Positions 18,628-29,196 of a stretch of 64,000 bases of DNA are shown here, piece after piece. The DNA comes from Candidatus Thorarchaeota archaeon (GTDB lineage: Archaea > Asgardarchaeota > Thorarchaeia > Thorarchaeales > Thorarchaeaceae): contig JAGSHN010000031.1 in assembly GCA_029855935.1 (NCBI GenBank), positions 1 through 64,000 of the forward strand, given 5' to 3'. Position 1 is the stretch's first letter; every line of letters begins with the position of its first letter. Below the pieces are notes generated by a model that had not been told where the DNA came from, searched no databases, and saw nothing but the letters and a program-made list of their open reading frames with translations. Made by a program: the position numbers and the translations under genes.

Positions 18628-20556
18628 TTAACGATGACGACCACCCCACTCAGCCCCCTCTTCGCCATCTTGCATCCACCCCAGCGAGAGACGGTCGAGG
18701 GTCTCCCGTGTTGGGATGCCGGTCTCCACATCCCAACCCCTCAGACGATAGTAGTCATCAAGCATCGGATTGAGATGGACGACCTGCCCCTTGCCTGGGC
18801 CCTCGGGCATCGGCTCCTTGGTGAACCTATCGGGCAACTGGTCATCCTCACGAGTTATGCCCTCCCGGACATTGAACATCCGCTTTAGTGTCACCTGCCG
18901 CTCAGCAATCTCAATCAGCTGGTCTGTTGACCCTAGCGACTCCTCTCCGGTGACAGCGGGGAGTAGCTGAGCAAAGTCGCGCATCCAGAAGATAGGGGGC
19001 CATGAAACTGTGTACCAGCACACTATCAGCGTGTCACGTATGCAATACGTGTTCTCAGTCTCTACCACAGCGACTGCCTTGTAACGCTCAGTATAGGGGT
19101 CGATTATCTCCAGGAGCCTGTCCGCACCCCAGCGTTCGGCAGCGACCTTCTCATAGCCCAGTTGGTCCACTGTCACGAGACTCCTCAGATGGTCCGCACC
19201 ACGAGCACCAGTCGCGTGCGACAACCCTATACTGCGATGGGTACGGCCATCCTGACCCGACACCTCAAGACCCTTGACGTGAATGGCAAACCTATCGGTG
19301 CCTCGTCCCAGCCGGCGAGAGGCCTCACGACTCCCGTCGGCAAGGATGTCACCAATCCCCTCGCGGTTGGCGATCATCTGCAGCAGCCGAATGACGAGCT
19401 TGCTGTCCCCCCACCTGAGGGTGAGGCCGTCCGTGTCCTCCTTTGTCAGAAGACCCTGTTCGAAGGACTCTATCGCAAAAGCGATCGTGGCACCTGCAGA
19501 GATCACGTCCATTCCGTACCTATTGCAGAGCTGGTTCGCTCTCAGAGCTGTCGCGTAGTCACCAATCCCAAGCAGGCTTCCAAAGGCCATCAGGCCCTCG
19601 TACTCCGGTCCCTCCTCAAAGGTCCCAGCAAATGGCCCCTCCCGTACGTAGTTGACCTTCTTGCACCCCACAGGACATCCGAAACAGGCCCTGTCGTTCA
19701 CCGTATAGTGAGAGCGAATGTGTTCGGCGCTGAGGCGCTCCCATCCGTCAAAGACGCCAGTGCGATGGTTGAAGGTGGGTAGCTCACCAATCTCCTGCTT
19801 GACAGCTGTGAGTACCCATGTCCCCCATCGACTCATCTGCTGCGCCTGTGGATCCTCCCGGACGCGTCTATGGGCCTCACGGGCAAGACGGAGAAACTCA
19901 TCAAGGTCAGCCACCTCCACTGAACCGTGACCACGGACGGCGATGGCCTTGAGGTTCTTCGAGCCCATCACGGCGCCCATACCTGTCCTGCCCGCAGCAC
20001 GTGCACGGTTTACCATTATCGATGCATAGCGTATGCGCCTCTCGCCTGCAGGGCCGATGGCTGCAACCTGAGCGTCAGGGTCGCCAGAGGCACGGAGTAT
20101 TGCAGAGGTAGCATCAGCAGTGGAGAGACCCCAGATCGAAGAGGCATCAACGAGGTCGATGTCGTCATCATTGATCATCAGGTAGACGGGACGCTCGGCA
20201 CTGCCCTCGATGACAAGCAGGTCGTAGCCGGCATACTTGAGCTCGGCACCAAGGAAACCGCCGACATGACTCTCCCCCCAGATACCCGTCAGAGGAGCCT
20301 TTGACACAAACACGCTCCTACCGCTGGTGGGCCACATGGTTCCCGTGACGGGGCCAGTAGCAAGAATCAGCCTGTTCGTCGGCGAGAGGGGGTCGGTCCC
20401 TGCAGGGACCTCCTTGTAGAGTATGTGTGCAGCAAAGCCATCGCCACCAATATACTCGGTGACCCATCTCTCAGGCCATGACTCCACGCGCACCTGTTCG
20501 CTGCTGAGGTCGACACGCAAGATCCTACCAGCGTAGCCACCCCTTCTCAATAGCAT
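18628..20556 (-). CDS. Aldehyde:ferredoxin oxidoreductase (W/Mo AOR family)
   Basis: AAIGPAGE, AAGRTGMGAVMGSKNLKAIAV, CFGCPVGC, GPEYE, YYRLRGWD. Confidence 0.93.
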   Translation of the reverse strand: MLLRRGGYAGRILRVDLSSEQVRVESWPERWVTEYIGGDGFAAHILYKEVPAGTDPLSPTNRLILATGPVTGTMWPTSGRSVFVSKAPLTGIWGESHVGGFLGAELKYAGYDLLVIEGSAERPVYLMINDDDIDLVDASSIWGLSTADATSAILRASGDPDAQVAAIGPAGERRIRYASIMVNRARAAGRTGMGAVMGSKNLKAIAVRGHGSVEVADLDEFLRLAREAHRRVREDPQAQQMSRWGTWVLTAVKQEIGELPTFNHRTGVFDGWERLSAEHIRSHYTVNDRACFGCPVGCKKVNYVREGPFAGTFEEGPEYEGLMAFGSLLGIGDYATALRANQLCNRYGMDVISAGATIAFAIESFEQGLLTKEDTDGLTLRWGDSKLVIRLLQMIANREGIGDILADGSREASRRLGRGTDRFAIHVKGLEVSGQDGRTHRSIGLSHATGARGADHLRSLVTVDQLGYEKVAAERWGADRLLEIIDPYTERYKAVAVVETENTYCIRDTLIVCWYTVSWPPIFWMRDFAQLLPAVTGEESLGSTDQLIEIAERQVTLKRMFNVREGITREDDQLPDRFTKEPMPEGPGKGQVVHLNPMLDDYYRLRGWDVETGIPTRETLDRLSLGWMQDGEEGAEWGGRHR

Positions 20557-20569
20557 TCACTTCTCCCGC

Positions 20570-21061
20570 TCAGAGCGATACACGAGCAATCTCCGATAGA
20601 TACTCGTGTAGTGAGTCGTATCGCTTCTTGATTGCAGCCTGCCCGGGTGTGGTATAGGTGATTGCGCCAGTCGGACAGACCTTGACACACTCGGGGTCGC
20701 CATCGCAGTGGTCGCACTTCACGATTCGCATTCTCTCAGTGTCAAGGATGATCACACCGTTGGGACAGGTGCCGACGCATGACTTGCAGAGAATACATCG
20801 ACTGTAGTCCACAGTGACCATTCCAGAGACCGGGTCCCTCTGCATCGCGTAGACGGGGCATATCTCGACACATGGGGCATCCTCGCACGGACCACATACG
20901 TTGGGAATATCTAGGCCCAAGTCGTCATACCTCACGATGCGGATTCTTGCAAGGCTGGGCTGAAATCTCCCCTCATGATGAGCGGAACAGGCAAGCTCGC
21001 AGATTCTGCATCCTGTGCACCTCGCGTAGTCGACAACAAGTTGCTTGTGCAGGAGGACCAC
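20570..21061 (-). CDS. 4Fe-4S dicluster electron-transfer subunit of AOR
   Basis: CTGCRICELAC, CILCKSCVGTCP, CDHC..PECVKVCP. Confidence 0.9.
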   Translation of the reverse strand: MVLLHKQLVVDYARCTGCRICELACSAHHEGRFQPSLARIRIVRYDDLGLDIPNVCGPCEDAPCVEICPVYAMQRDPVSGMVTVDYSRCILCKSCVGTCPNGVIILDTERMRIVKCDHCDGDPECVKVCPTGAITYTTPGQAAIKKRYDSLHEYLSEIARVSL

Positions 21062-21170
21062 CTCTCGGGAGGCGAATGGCAGCTATTGTGAAGATAAAAG
21101 GTTGTGGTGAAGGAAGACTCCCCCGCCCCGGGGGCGATGCACTCGCAGTCATAGGCCCACAAGGGGGTGA

Positions 21171-22238
21171 CTACACCTCGACTGTCCATCCGTATGGATC
21201 CTCTATCTCGCCGCACTGAATCCCTGTGAGTGTGTCGTACAGTCGCGTTGCAAGAGGACCGGACTTACCGTCACCAACGCGGTACACCTCGCCCTTGTAG
21301 TAGATCTCACCAATCGGAGCGACTATTGCCGCAGTGCCAGTGCCAAATACCTCTTCAACCTTTCCGGTTCGCAGTCCCTCGGTCAACTCGTCAATCGATA
21401 TGGGACGCTCCCGGACACGAAGTCCCCAATCGCGTGTCAGCCGGATGACAGAGTCGCGCGTGATACCGGGGAGGATGGCCCCATCAAGCGGTGTTGTGGC
21501 CAGCTCGTCATCGAACTTTACAAAGACATTCATCGTGCCGCACTCCTCGATGTACCTCCTCTCAATGGCATCGAGCCACAGTACCTGAGAATAGCCCATC
21601 TCTATCGCCTCCTTCGTACCGAGAAGACTGGCCGCGTAGTTGCCAATCGTCTTGGCCGCCCCGACACCACCGCGGACCGCTCTCACATACTTGTCCGAGA
21701 CGTACACCTTGACGGGGTTGAACCCCTCCTTGAAGTAGGGGCCGACCGGACTGAGGATTATGTAGTAGAGGAACTCCTTGGCTGGCTTGACGCCCAGTCG
21801 AGCCTCCACAGCAATCATTGTTGGACGGATGTACAACGACGTACCACGCACCTCCGGAATCCAGTCACGCTCGACCTTTACCAGCTCCTTGATGCAGTGT
21901 AGCGCGAACCCGGGATCTAGTTCTGGCATCACGAGACGCCGGGCCGAGGCGTTGAGACGCTCGATATTCTTGTCAGGTCTGAAGAGCAGAACTCTCTCCC
22001 CACGTCGATAGGCCTTCAGGCCTTCGAAGATCCCCTGACCGTAGTGAAGAACGAGAGCAGCCGGATCAAGAGACAGGGGATGGTACGGCTCGATGCGGGG
22101 GTCGTGCCACTGACCCTCAGAGTACGTCATTGTGAACATGTGGTCGGTGAAGATTGTGCCAAAGGGTATGCTTAGAGGGTCACCGGGCGGCGTCCGCCTC
22201 TTCTCCGGAGGTAGTAGGCTGAACTCTATCTCCATCAC
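21171..22238 (-). CDS. ilvE: Branched-chain amino acid aminotransferase
   Basis: LHYGQGIFEGLKAY, AKTIGNY, EECGTMN, ILPGITR, GTAA. Confidence 0.93.
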   Translation of the reverse strand: MMEIEFSLLPPEKRRTPPGDPLSIPFGTIFTDHMFTMTYSEGQWHDPRIEPYHPLSLDPAALVLHYGQGIFEGLKAYRRGERVLLFRPDKNIERLNASARRLVMPELDPGFALHCIKELVKVERDWIPEVRGTSLYIRPTMIAVEARLGVKPAKEFLYYIILSPVGPYFKEGFNPVKVYVSDKYVRAVRGGVGAAKTIGNYAASLLGTKEAIEMGYSQVLWLDAIERRYIEECGTMNVFVKFDDELATTPLDGAILPGITRDSVIRLTRDWGLRVRERPISIDELTEGLRTGKVEEVFGTGTAAIVAPIGEIYYKGEVYRVGDGKSGPLATRLYDTLTGIQCGEIEDPYGWTVEV

Positions 22239-22390
22239 CGGTCACGACCATTGACACGGCGCCCGCCCTCTTAGGTCTTACGAACGTGAGTGTGACCTGT
22301 CCGCCGACGAGAATGCCAACGCGATATCGCAAAATACCTTAAGAGGGGTGGCAGCCTATCCACCTGTGTCCTGAACAGGGGGCGATAGAA

Positions 22391-22993
22391 GTGAGCCACT
22401 ACGAGGGAATGCCCGAAGACCTATACGACATCGACCCACGAGACATCCTCGCACAGTACAGCGTTGAGTGGGTTGCGCTCAAGAAGTCCTACGAGGAACT
22501 CAAGAAGAAGCTGCAGGAGGTACAAGACGAGCTCAGCGAGCTCGACAAGAAGCTGGAGAGGGGCGAGATCACAGAGCAGGAGCACCTCGAGCAGTACAGA
22601 GAGAAGTGGCTCAGGTCGACCGAGATAGTTCAGGTCAAGAGAGAGGTGGAATCACGCCTTAATGAGATACTGAAAGAGATACGCGAGACCAACAAGAGAC
22701 TCGAGCTTGAAGAGGCAGAGCGCCAGCGTAGAGAACGGATTGAGCAGGAGAAGACGAATGCTATGATCGAGTGGATGTCACTCCGTCAGGGCTTCGACCT
22801 CATCCGCGAGCGCCGAAAGGAAATCAACCGCGAGATGGACGAGCTTGAGATGAGGAGACGTGCTGGCACAATCTCCGACGAGGAGTACCGTAGAGCAAGA
22901 GTCGACCAGATACGCAAGCTGGCCGAGCTGAAGACTGTCGAGAATGACGTGAAGAGGCGTCTAGGGGAACTGCTTGAGATAATCAGAAGCTGA
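22391..22993 (+). CDS. Coiled-coil protein with two SHOCT-like repeats
   Basis: Highly charged helical sequence; LERGEITEQEH and RRAGTISDEEY repeats. Confidence 0.7.
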   Translation: MSHYEGMPEDLYDIDPRDILAQYSVEWVALKKSYEELKKKLQEVQDELSELDKKLERGEITEQEHLEQYREKWLRSTEIVQVKREVESRLNEILKEIRETNKRLELEEAERQRRERIEQEKTNAMIEWMSLRQGFDLIRERRKEINREMDELEMRRRAGTISDEEYRRARVDQIRKLAELKTVENDVKRRLGELLEIIRS

Positions 22994-23068
22994 GCTCGGA
23001 GACTGTGTGAAGAAAAAGAGATGGAGGGAGGTCGTGGGAGACCTCGCTCATCGATGTGTATTCTCGCC

Positions 23069-24424
23069 TTATGAGAGGTGACCTTGGGCAATCATTGCGT
23101 TGGCAACCTTGAGAAAGCCAGCAATGTTGGCACCCAAGACGTAGTTACCGGGGGCGCCGAACTCCTCCGCCGTCTTGTACGCCGTGTGGTGAATGCCGAC
23201 CATGATCTCGTGGAGCTTCTTGTCGACCTCCTCGCGTGTCCAAAACATTCTCTGACTGTTCTGGACCATCTCAAGACCTGAGACTGCAACGCCTCCCGCA
23301 TTGGCGGCCTTGCCTGGGGCAAACAGCACACCAGCGTTCTGGAATATCTCAATGGCATCGGGTGTGCATGGCATGTTGGCTCCCTCGCCGACAGCAATCA
23401 CACCGCCATCGACAAGTGCCTGTGCCTCCTTGCCGTCCAGCTCGTTTTGGGTCGCACACGGCAGGGCAATCTGTGTGCCGTAGATCCACGGATTGCTCTC
23501 GGGGTTGTACTCGACACCGAAGTGCTCAGCGTACTCGCGGATTCGTCCGCGACGCACGTTCTTCAGCTCCATCACCCAGGCCAGCTTCTCGGCATCGATG
23601 CCGTCTGGATCGTAGATGTTGCCGTCAGAGTCGCTGAGCGTGACGACCTTCGCACCGAGCTGGATGCACTTCTCGGCCGCGTACTGAGCAACGTTACCGG
23701 AGCCTGAGATGGCGACCGTCTTGCCCTTGATATCCTCACCCTTGGTCTTTAGCATCTCGCGCACAAAGTACACGAGACCGTAGCCAGTGGCCTCCGGTCT
23801 GATAAGGGAGCCGCCCCAGCCGTGGCCCTTGCCTGTGAGGACACACGTGCCGTGCAGGTTCTTTATCTTGCGATAGGCACCGTACAGGAAACCAATCTCA
23901 CGTCCACCGACACCAATGTCGCCAGCAGGAACGTCAGTGAACTGGCCAATGTGCCGGTTGAGCTCCAGCATGAAGTTCGTACAGAAACGCTCGACCTCCT
24001 CATCAGTCTTGCCGTGGGGATCGAAGTCACTGCCGCCCTTGCCACCGCCCATCGGCAGACCGGTCAGGCTGTTCTTGAAGATCTGCTCGAAGCCCAGGAA
24101 TTTCAGGACTCCCAAAGTGACGGTTCTGTGGAACCGGAGCCCGCCCTTATACGGTCCGATTGCCGAGTTGAACTCGACTCTGTAGCCTCTGTTCACCTGG
24201 ATCTTGCCATCGCGGTCCTTCCACGGCACGCGGAACATTACCACGCGCTCGGGCTCAACAATCCGTTCAAGGATACCATACTCCTTGTACTTCGGATACT
24301 TCTTGATGGCTGGCTCCAGGGACTCGAGGACCTCCCGGACTGCCTGGTGGAACTCCTTCTGTCCCGGGTCCTTGTCAACGACCGAGTTGTAGACACTCTC
24401 AATGTAACTGTCCATAGACAACAA
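23069..24424 (-). CDS. gdhA: NADP-specific glutamate dehydrogenase
   Basis: GPYKGGLRF, GGGKGG, DVPAGDIG, RPEATGYG, GSGNVA, PGKAANAGGV. Confidence 0.95.
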   Translation of the reverse strand: MLSMDSYIESVYNSVVDKDPGQKEFHQAVREVLESLEPAIKKYPKYKEYGILERIVEPERVVMFRVPWKDRDGKIQVNRGYRVEFNSAIGPYKGGLRFHRTVTLGVLKFLGFEQIFKNSLTGLPMGGGKGGSDFDPHGKTDEEVERFCTNFMLELNRHIGQFTDVPAGDIGVGGREIGFLYGAYRKIKNLHGTCVLTGKGHGWGGSLIRPEATGYGLVYFVREMLKTKGEDIKGKTVAISGSGNVAQYAAEKCIQLGAKVVTLSDSDGNIYDPDGIDAEKLAWVMELKNVRRGRIREYAEHFGVEYNPESNPWIYGTQIALPCATQNELDGKEAQALVDGGVIAVGEGANMPCTPDAIEIFQNAGVLFAPGKAANAGGVAVSGLEMVQNSQRMFWTREEVDKKLHEIMVGIHHTAYKTAEEFGAPGNYVLGANIAGFLKVANAMIAQGHLS

Positions 24425-24634
24425 CTTCCCTGTGAGTTGTTAGGCGGGCCCGCCCGCTATGTGCTTGTAGATAAATGAATCGGATTCGGCCCCCCGCAGC
24501 CGCGGGATGGTGGAGTTATTAGAACACCTGTTCCAACGCGTGTGAGACCTCACTGAGAACTGCAGGAAACGAAACTGATGCTGAGGAGAACTATGCCGAG
24601 TGATGACTTGTGCCGACAAGACTGTGGTCAGACC

Positions 24635-25351
24635 TCAAGACTCCTCGTCAGTGGCGTACGCACCATAGCCTATCCGGTGACGCTCTGCAGATGTTGAGTC
24701 GACCTTATGGACGGCTGCGCTTCCATGTCTTGGTCCCTTATCGCAGTCCCTACAGACAAGCCCACGGACATCCCTCAGAGAGACAACCCGTCCGCACGAT
24801 ATACAGACCCACATGCCACCTTGGTACAGACGGGTCTTGCGCAGGACCGTCTTTGCAAGGGACCTCAACTCTGCCGGACAGTCGGGTGCAACACCCTTGA
24901 TGCCAGTCTTTGACCAGGCACAGATGAGCGACACGAGAGTGGTGATCAGCTCGATGACCTCAGTGGCAGTCTCCTCCACGTCTTGGGGGGTGTCACGTCG
25001 CAACACCATCTGGCCCTCAATCTCGGACAGAATCTCCATAAAGGCAAAGAATGCCGGGAGCGGCAGTCGGGATGAGCGCGGGGACTCGACCATCTGTGCG
25101 ATCACCGCAGAGATCATCAGAGTGCGGGTATGGTCCTCCGTGAGGACCTCGCGTATCCTATCGATGATTCGCAGGGGGTCTAGGACGTACCGCCTGGGGT
25201 CAAGACCCGTCTCCCGGGCGAGAGTCTGCACTGAAGAGATAAGGCTCTCCCCCTTCGCCATCTCGGCATTCACCCTGCGGACAACATCCGAGTAACGAAG
25301 TCCACTGTCACGTGCTATGCGACGGACAAGCTCTCGTGCTGTAAGGGTCAA
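24635..25351 (-). CDS. Hypothetical protein with C-terminal zinc ribbon
   Basis: CISCG...CRDC. Confidence 0.65.
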   Translation of the reverse strand: MTLTARELVRRIARDSGLRYSDVVRRVNAEMAKGESLISSVQTLARETGLDPRRYVLDPLRIIDRIREVLTEDHTRTLMISAVIAQMVESPRSSRLPLPAFFAFMEILSEIEGQMVLRRDTPQDVEETATEVIELITTLVSLICAWSKTGIKGVAPDCPAELRSLAKTVLRKTRLYQGGMWVCISCGRVVSLRDVRGLVCRDCDKGPRHGSAAVHKVDSTSAERHRIGYGAYATDEES

Positions 25352-25546
25352 TAGTCCTCACTTATCCTGGCATGCGTCATAGCCTATGTGCACGGACGCC
25401 TAAAGTAGTGTCGTAATATGCATCGATGAACTATGACCACTATTCATAGTGCCGAAACAGATGCAGTCATGATCGACACGTAGGCCAGTGACGGGCATTA
25501 ATGTTAAAGAGAGGGCGTAGACGAATTGTTGAGAGGTCGTTCTGGT

Positions 25547-26119
25547 ATGATGTTGTCCGATAGCGATATCCTCCGGGCGATGTCGGAGGGAGAGATTCGA
25601 ATTCATCCCTTTGACAGAGAGGCCCTAGGTCCTTGCTCCATCGACCTCACTCTTGACTCGCTGTTCACGGTGTACTACCCAGGAGCACCGGTAGACCTCC
25701 GGGCGCAGGGCCCCGAGTATCAGAATACCGAACTCATCGACACCGACGGCGAACCGTTCACAATCAGGCCGCATCAGTTCGTCTTGGGCCAGACCCGCGA
25801 AACCGTGACTGTCTCGAACTCCTATGCTGCACTCTTGGAGGGGAGGTCCAGCATCGCAAGGCTGGGAATCATCGTCCATGCGGCGGGGCTGGTCAACCCG
25901 GGGACGGGGACAAGGACTCCGGGCAGACTCACGCTTGAGATCTTCTGTGAGAATGAGAGCCCCGTCGTTCTGTATCCGGGGATGAGAATCGTCCAAGTCA
26001 TGTTTGTACGTCTCAATAGCCCGGCAACCTCTGCGTATGACGAGAGACCGCAGAGTCACTACGTTGGGCAAGAGAGGCCCATCATCTTTGGGTCGAGAGA
26101 TAGCGACGAAGACACGTGA
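25547..26119 (+). CDS. dcd: dCTP deaminase
   Basis: MLSDSDI, SIDLTL, EGRSSIARLG, LTLEI, PGMRIVQ. Confidence 0.9.
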   Translation: MMLSDSDILRAMSEGEIRIHPFDREALGPCSIDLTLDSLFTVYYPGAPVDLRAQGPEYQNTELIDTDGEPFTIRPHQFVLGQTRETVTVSNSYAALLEGRSSIARLGIIVHAAGLVNPGTGTRTPGRLTLEIFCENESPVVLYPGMRIVQVMFVRLNSPATSAYDERPQSHYVGQERPIIFGSRDSDEDT

Positions 26120-26190
26120 GATGGGCGGGGCCTGCTCTCAACGGCAAGTCTCATAAGGGGGTCGTGCCCGGCCCCGCAAGGGTCCCGCTG

Positions 26191-27177
26191 ATGAGAGACT
26201 ATGATGTGGTCCTCGCCTCCGGCGCAGAGCACCTCAGAACACGTTTTGAGGAACACGGCTTCCGCGTCTTCACCTGTGAGATGAACTACGACGGGAAGAG
26301 GCTGTTCCCCAATGCGGATGTCTATGTCCGCATCCCAGAAGTTGAGAAGCTCTCCGACCGGCGTGTTGTTGTAGTCCAATCGTGTACCGGCTCAGGTCCA
26401 GCGGAGAAGGAGCATTTATCCACCTCAGATAGAGTAGTGGAGCTGCTGCTCATACTGGATGTCCTCAACAGGCCTGTCTCTGTGGAGAAGATTGGACACA
26501 AGCAATACAGGACAACACCAGTAATCCCGCCGTCGCGCGTGGAGGTCGTGCTCACTTTCCAGCCTTTCGCATTACAGGACAAGGCCTTCGAAACGGGTGA
26601 GGCAATCTCAGGTCGGTGGGCCATGGAGACCATTGTGAAGGCGTGCAACCATGTCTGGGTTGTCAATCCTCACCCGCCCGAAGACACGCCGTGGATGAAG
26701 GTGCTTCGTGACAGAGGGGTCCTGCACTCAATTGACATCACACCCGACCTAATCAAGTTTGGAGCAGAGCAGCTTGGCCTCAAAGACTACAAGGTGATAA
26801 CACCGGACGAGGGCGGTCAAGAACGCTTCTCGGTCGCCGGGTACGGCAAGACACGGAGCGACTCGTACACAGTCGAACTCACAGGTGATCTTGACGTGAG
26901 CGGTCGAAGCGTGATTGTTGTGGACGACCTAACAAAGAGCGGAAGCACACTGCTCAAAGCTGCAGCGCGGCTGCGACAACAGGGTGCAAAAGAGGTGGCC
27001 CTCGCCGTCGCGCACGTATTACCACTACTCGACAGAGGGGAGGAACTGCTTGAGGAGCTGGTCGAGAAGAGTGGACAACGAGTCTTCGTGTCGAACACCG
27101 TAAAGACAAGAGTCTTCTGCGAGAGGTACCCGCAACTGACCTACAATGTTGTGGACTCGCTGGTGAAGGTACTCTGA
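26191..27177 (+). CDS. Divergent ribose-phosphate pyrophosphokinase-like protein
   Basis: FPNADVYVRI, QDKAF..GEAIS, PDEGG and the PRT motif VVDDLTKSGST. Confidence 0.75.
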   Translation: MRDYDVVLASGAEHLRTRFEEHGFRVFTCEMNYDGKRLFPNADVYVRIPEVEKLSDRRVVVVQSCTGSGPAEKEHLSTSDRVVELLLILDVLNRPVSVEKIGHKQYRTTPVIPPSRVEVVLTFQPFALQDKAFETGEAISGRWAMETIVKACNHVWVVNPHPPEDTPWMKVLRDRGVLHSIDITPDLIKFGAEQLGLKDYKVITPDEGGQERFSVAGYGKTRSDSYTVELTGDLDVSGRSVIVVDDLTKSGSTLLKAAARLRQQGAKEVALAVAHVLPLLDRGEELLEELVEKSGQRVFVSNTVKTRVFCERYPQLTYNVVDSLVKVL

Positions 27178-27187
27178 AACAACAGGT

Positions 27188-27424
27188 CTACTCCGCCACG
27201 AACTGCTCCGCCTTGGAAGTGGCGATCCAAGTCTTGGCTGTAAACCTCTCGACGAGGCCTCTCTCCTCGAGCCGGTTGAGCGCCTGGACAACCCGGTTCT
27301 GGTCGCACTCGACGTGACGACCCCTGAGTATGCGCGTGATTGCAGCTGGACGATGGCTGTCCTTGAGGATGACAGCGAGTATCTTGCGCTCAAGTTCGCT
27401 GATTTCGTCGCTCATTCCCATCAC
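27188..27424 (-). CDS. Small winged-helix protein
   Basis: LERKILAVI...VVQALNRLEERGLVER. Confidence 0.7.
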   Translation of the reverse strand: MMGMSDEISELERKILAVILKDSHRPAAITRILRGRHVECDQNRVVQALNRLEERGLVERFTAKTWIATSKAEQFVAE

Positions 27425-27505
27425 TCACCGGCGGAGGACATAGGTTAGGTTTTAAGGATATCTCTAGTTGCCGATGGTCACCAGACACGAAAGTTAGAGG
27501 CGCCA

Positions 27506-28267
27506 GTGATGTCTGACGACAGGGAGTATCACATAGGAATTGCACCCGGCGAGATGCCAAGACTCGTTCTTCTACCCGGCGACCCGCAGAGGGCAAGGAC
27601 CATTGCACAGACCTTCTTTGAGAGACCAGAGGAGGTGGCCCACAGGAGAGAGTACTGGAGCTTCAGGGGAGAATATCGGGGAGTTGAGGTTGGGGTGTGC
27701 TCAACAGGGATTGGCTGTCCCTCCGCGGCAATCGCGATAGAGGAACTGGTCAGAGTCGGTTGTACGCACTTCATAAGAGTGGGCACTGCCGGCGCCATAG
27801 ACCCAACACTCAGAGCAGGAGATCTCGTCATCTTCACTGGCGCAGTCCGAGACGACGGTACGTCAAAGCAATACGTCCCTGTTGAGTATCCTGCGGTTGC
27901 TGACCCGGATGTGACACGAGCACTTGAAGTCGCAGCGAGAGAGAGAGGGGCACGGTACCGTGTTGGGATAGGCCACAGCAAGGACGCGTTCTACAGCGAG
28001 CATCCCGATCTTGTCGCAGACCCTGAAGTGATGCGTTCCCGATGGCAGGTTCTCCGCAGAGCGAATGTGATTGCCACAGAGATGGAGTCAGCGGTCCTGT
28101 TCGTCCTAGGCCAGCTCCGTAGAGTTCACGTGGGAGCAGTCTGTATGATCATAGGGGAGCCCGTCGACAGAGGGGCGAAGATAGTAGAGAAGCCTCCAAT
28201 CGACGCACTGGTCACCGTCGCACTGGATGCCCTACGTCTTGTGGCCACCCGAAACACATCTCACTGA
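27506..28267 (+). CDS. udp: Uridine/nucleoside phosphorylase
   Basis: LPGDPQR, STGIGCPSAAIAIEEL, RVGTAG, EME. Confidence 0.88.
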   Translation: MMSDDREYHIGIAPGEMPRLVLLPGDPQRARTIAQTFFERPEEVAHRREYWSFRGEYRGVEVGVCSTGIGCPSAAIAIEELVRVGCTHFIRVGTAGAIDPTLRAGDLVIFTGAVRDDGTSKQYVPVEYPAVADPDVTRALEVAARERGARYRVGIGHSKDAFYSEHPDLVADPEVMRSRWQVLRRANVIATEMESAVLFVLGQLRRVHVGAVCMIIGEPVDRGAKIVEKPPIDALVTVALDALRLVATRNTSH

Positions 28268-28311
28268 GGTGTTCGAAATAGCTGCACAGACAGTACACGA
28301 GTCTGCGCAGA

Positions 28312-29091
28312 CTATAGGCCCTCAAACCAGACCTTTTTCTGAACGGCTGCATTAAGGGAGTTGGCCGCAGAAACATCCATCCCGCTGATTCTGGCGATGT
28401 CCTCAGGCGGCGTCGCGCCCAGCTCGGTCAGCGAGGAGATTCCCGCCGCGAGAATGGCCTCAGTCTGTGCGGGAGTGACACCCTGCTGAGTCAGGAATGC
28501 TCTCAGCTCTTGAATCTCCTTCTCGTCGACACGAGCTGGGGGAGCGGTAGGTGTCGTTGGAGCGGATGGTGTTGCGGGGGCTGAAGCGGGTGCGGTACTC
28601 ACACGGGCGGGGGCGGACACACCTGTTGCAAATGACTTGACAAAGGACGGGCGCAGTACGTAGATTCCTGCAAGGAGCGACAGGACAATGGCCGGAATGA
28701 GAACTATCGGCCCGATGTTCAGACCCTCAATGCCACCACTCGGGCCAGGGAACGGAATGGCACCGACGACCCCGCCAGCGATGACGTAGGCCCAAGGCGT
28801 GCCTGACAGGTCAGTCGCAAGAACGAACCAGAGTGGGCCAAAGAAGGCCAGGCCTCCAATCTCGAATACGAGGATCTCGCGAAACGCATCTCGAATGCGG
28901 ATGTATGTCACGACCAGGGGACCCACAATCAGCGCAATCGCGACGACGAACCAGAGCTGGTACAGGCTCCACAGACTCTGTATGACAACCGGATCAGTGA
29001 CCCCATACCCTGAGAGTTTTATCATTGCAGCCCCAAGGAAGATGATTCCCGGAATCAATGCCCCGAACAGAATTCCACGATAATAGCGCAA
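28312..29091 (-). CDS. Multi-pass membrane protein with Pro/Ala linker and C-terminal HhH-like domain
   Basis: Four hydrophobic segments, an APASAPATP linker and AGISSLTELGATPPEDIARISGM. Confidence 0.75.
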   Translation of the reverse strand: MRYYRGILFGALIPGIIFLGAAMIKLSGYGVTDPVVIQSLWSLYQLWFVVAIALIVGPLVVTYIRIRDAFREILVFEIGGLAFFGPLWFVLATDLSGTPWAYVIAGGVVGAIPFPGPSGGIEGLNIGPIVLIPAIVLSLLAGIYVLRPSFVKSFATGVSAPARVSTAPASAPATPSAPTTPTAPPARVDEKEIQELRAFLTQQGVTPAQTEAILAAGISSLTELGATPPEDIARISGMDVSAANSLNAAVQKKVWFEGL

Positions 29092-29138
29092 AGGGTCCTC
29101 ACCTCAGTAGCTTGCGGAGAATTACATAGCAGGCCGTC

Positions 29139-29150
29139 TATAAAGGTGTT
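29139..29150 (+). repeat. Putative attL core (TATAAAGGTGTT)
   Basis: 11/12 identical to 49736-49747, with AAAGGTGTT exact; lies between the last host gene and the first element promoter. Confidence 0.55.
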
Positions 29151-29196
29151 TGCGGTCGAAATGTATGCCTAATATACCACCACTGAGGGGGGTGAA

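Noticed and set aside
23822-24478. 218-aa + strand ORF
   Set aside because: Antisense to gdhA, a common artefact of GC-rich codon usage. The same applies to most overlapping ORFs in the track.
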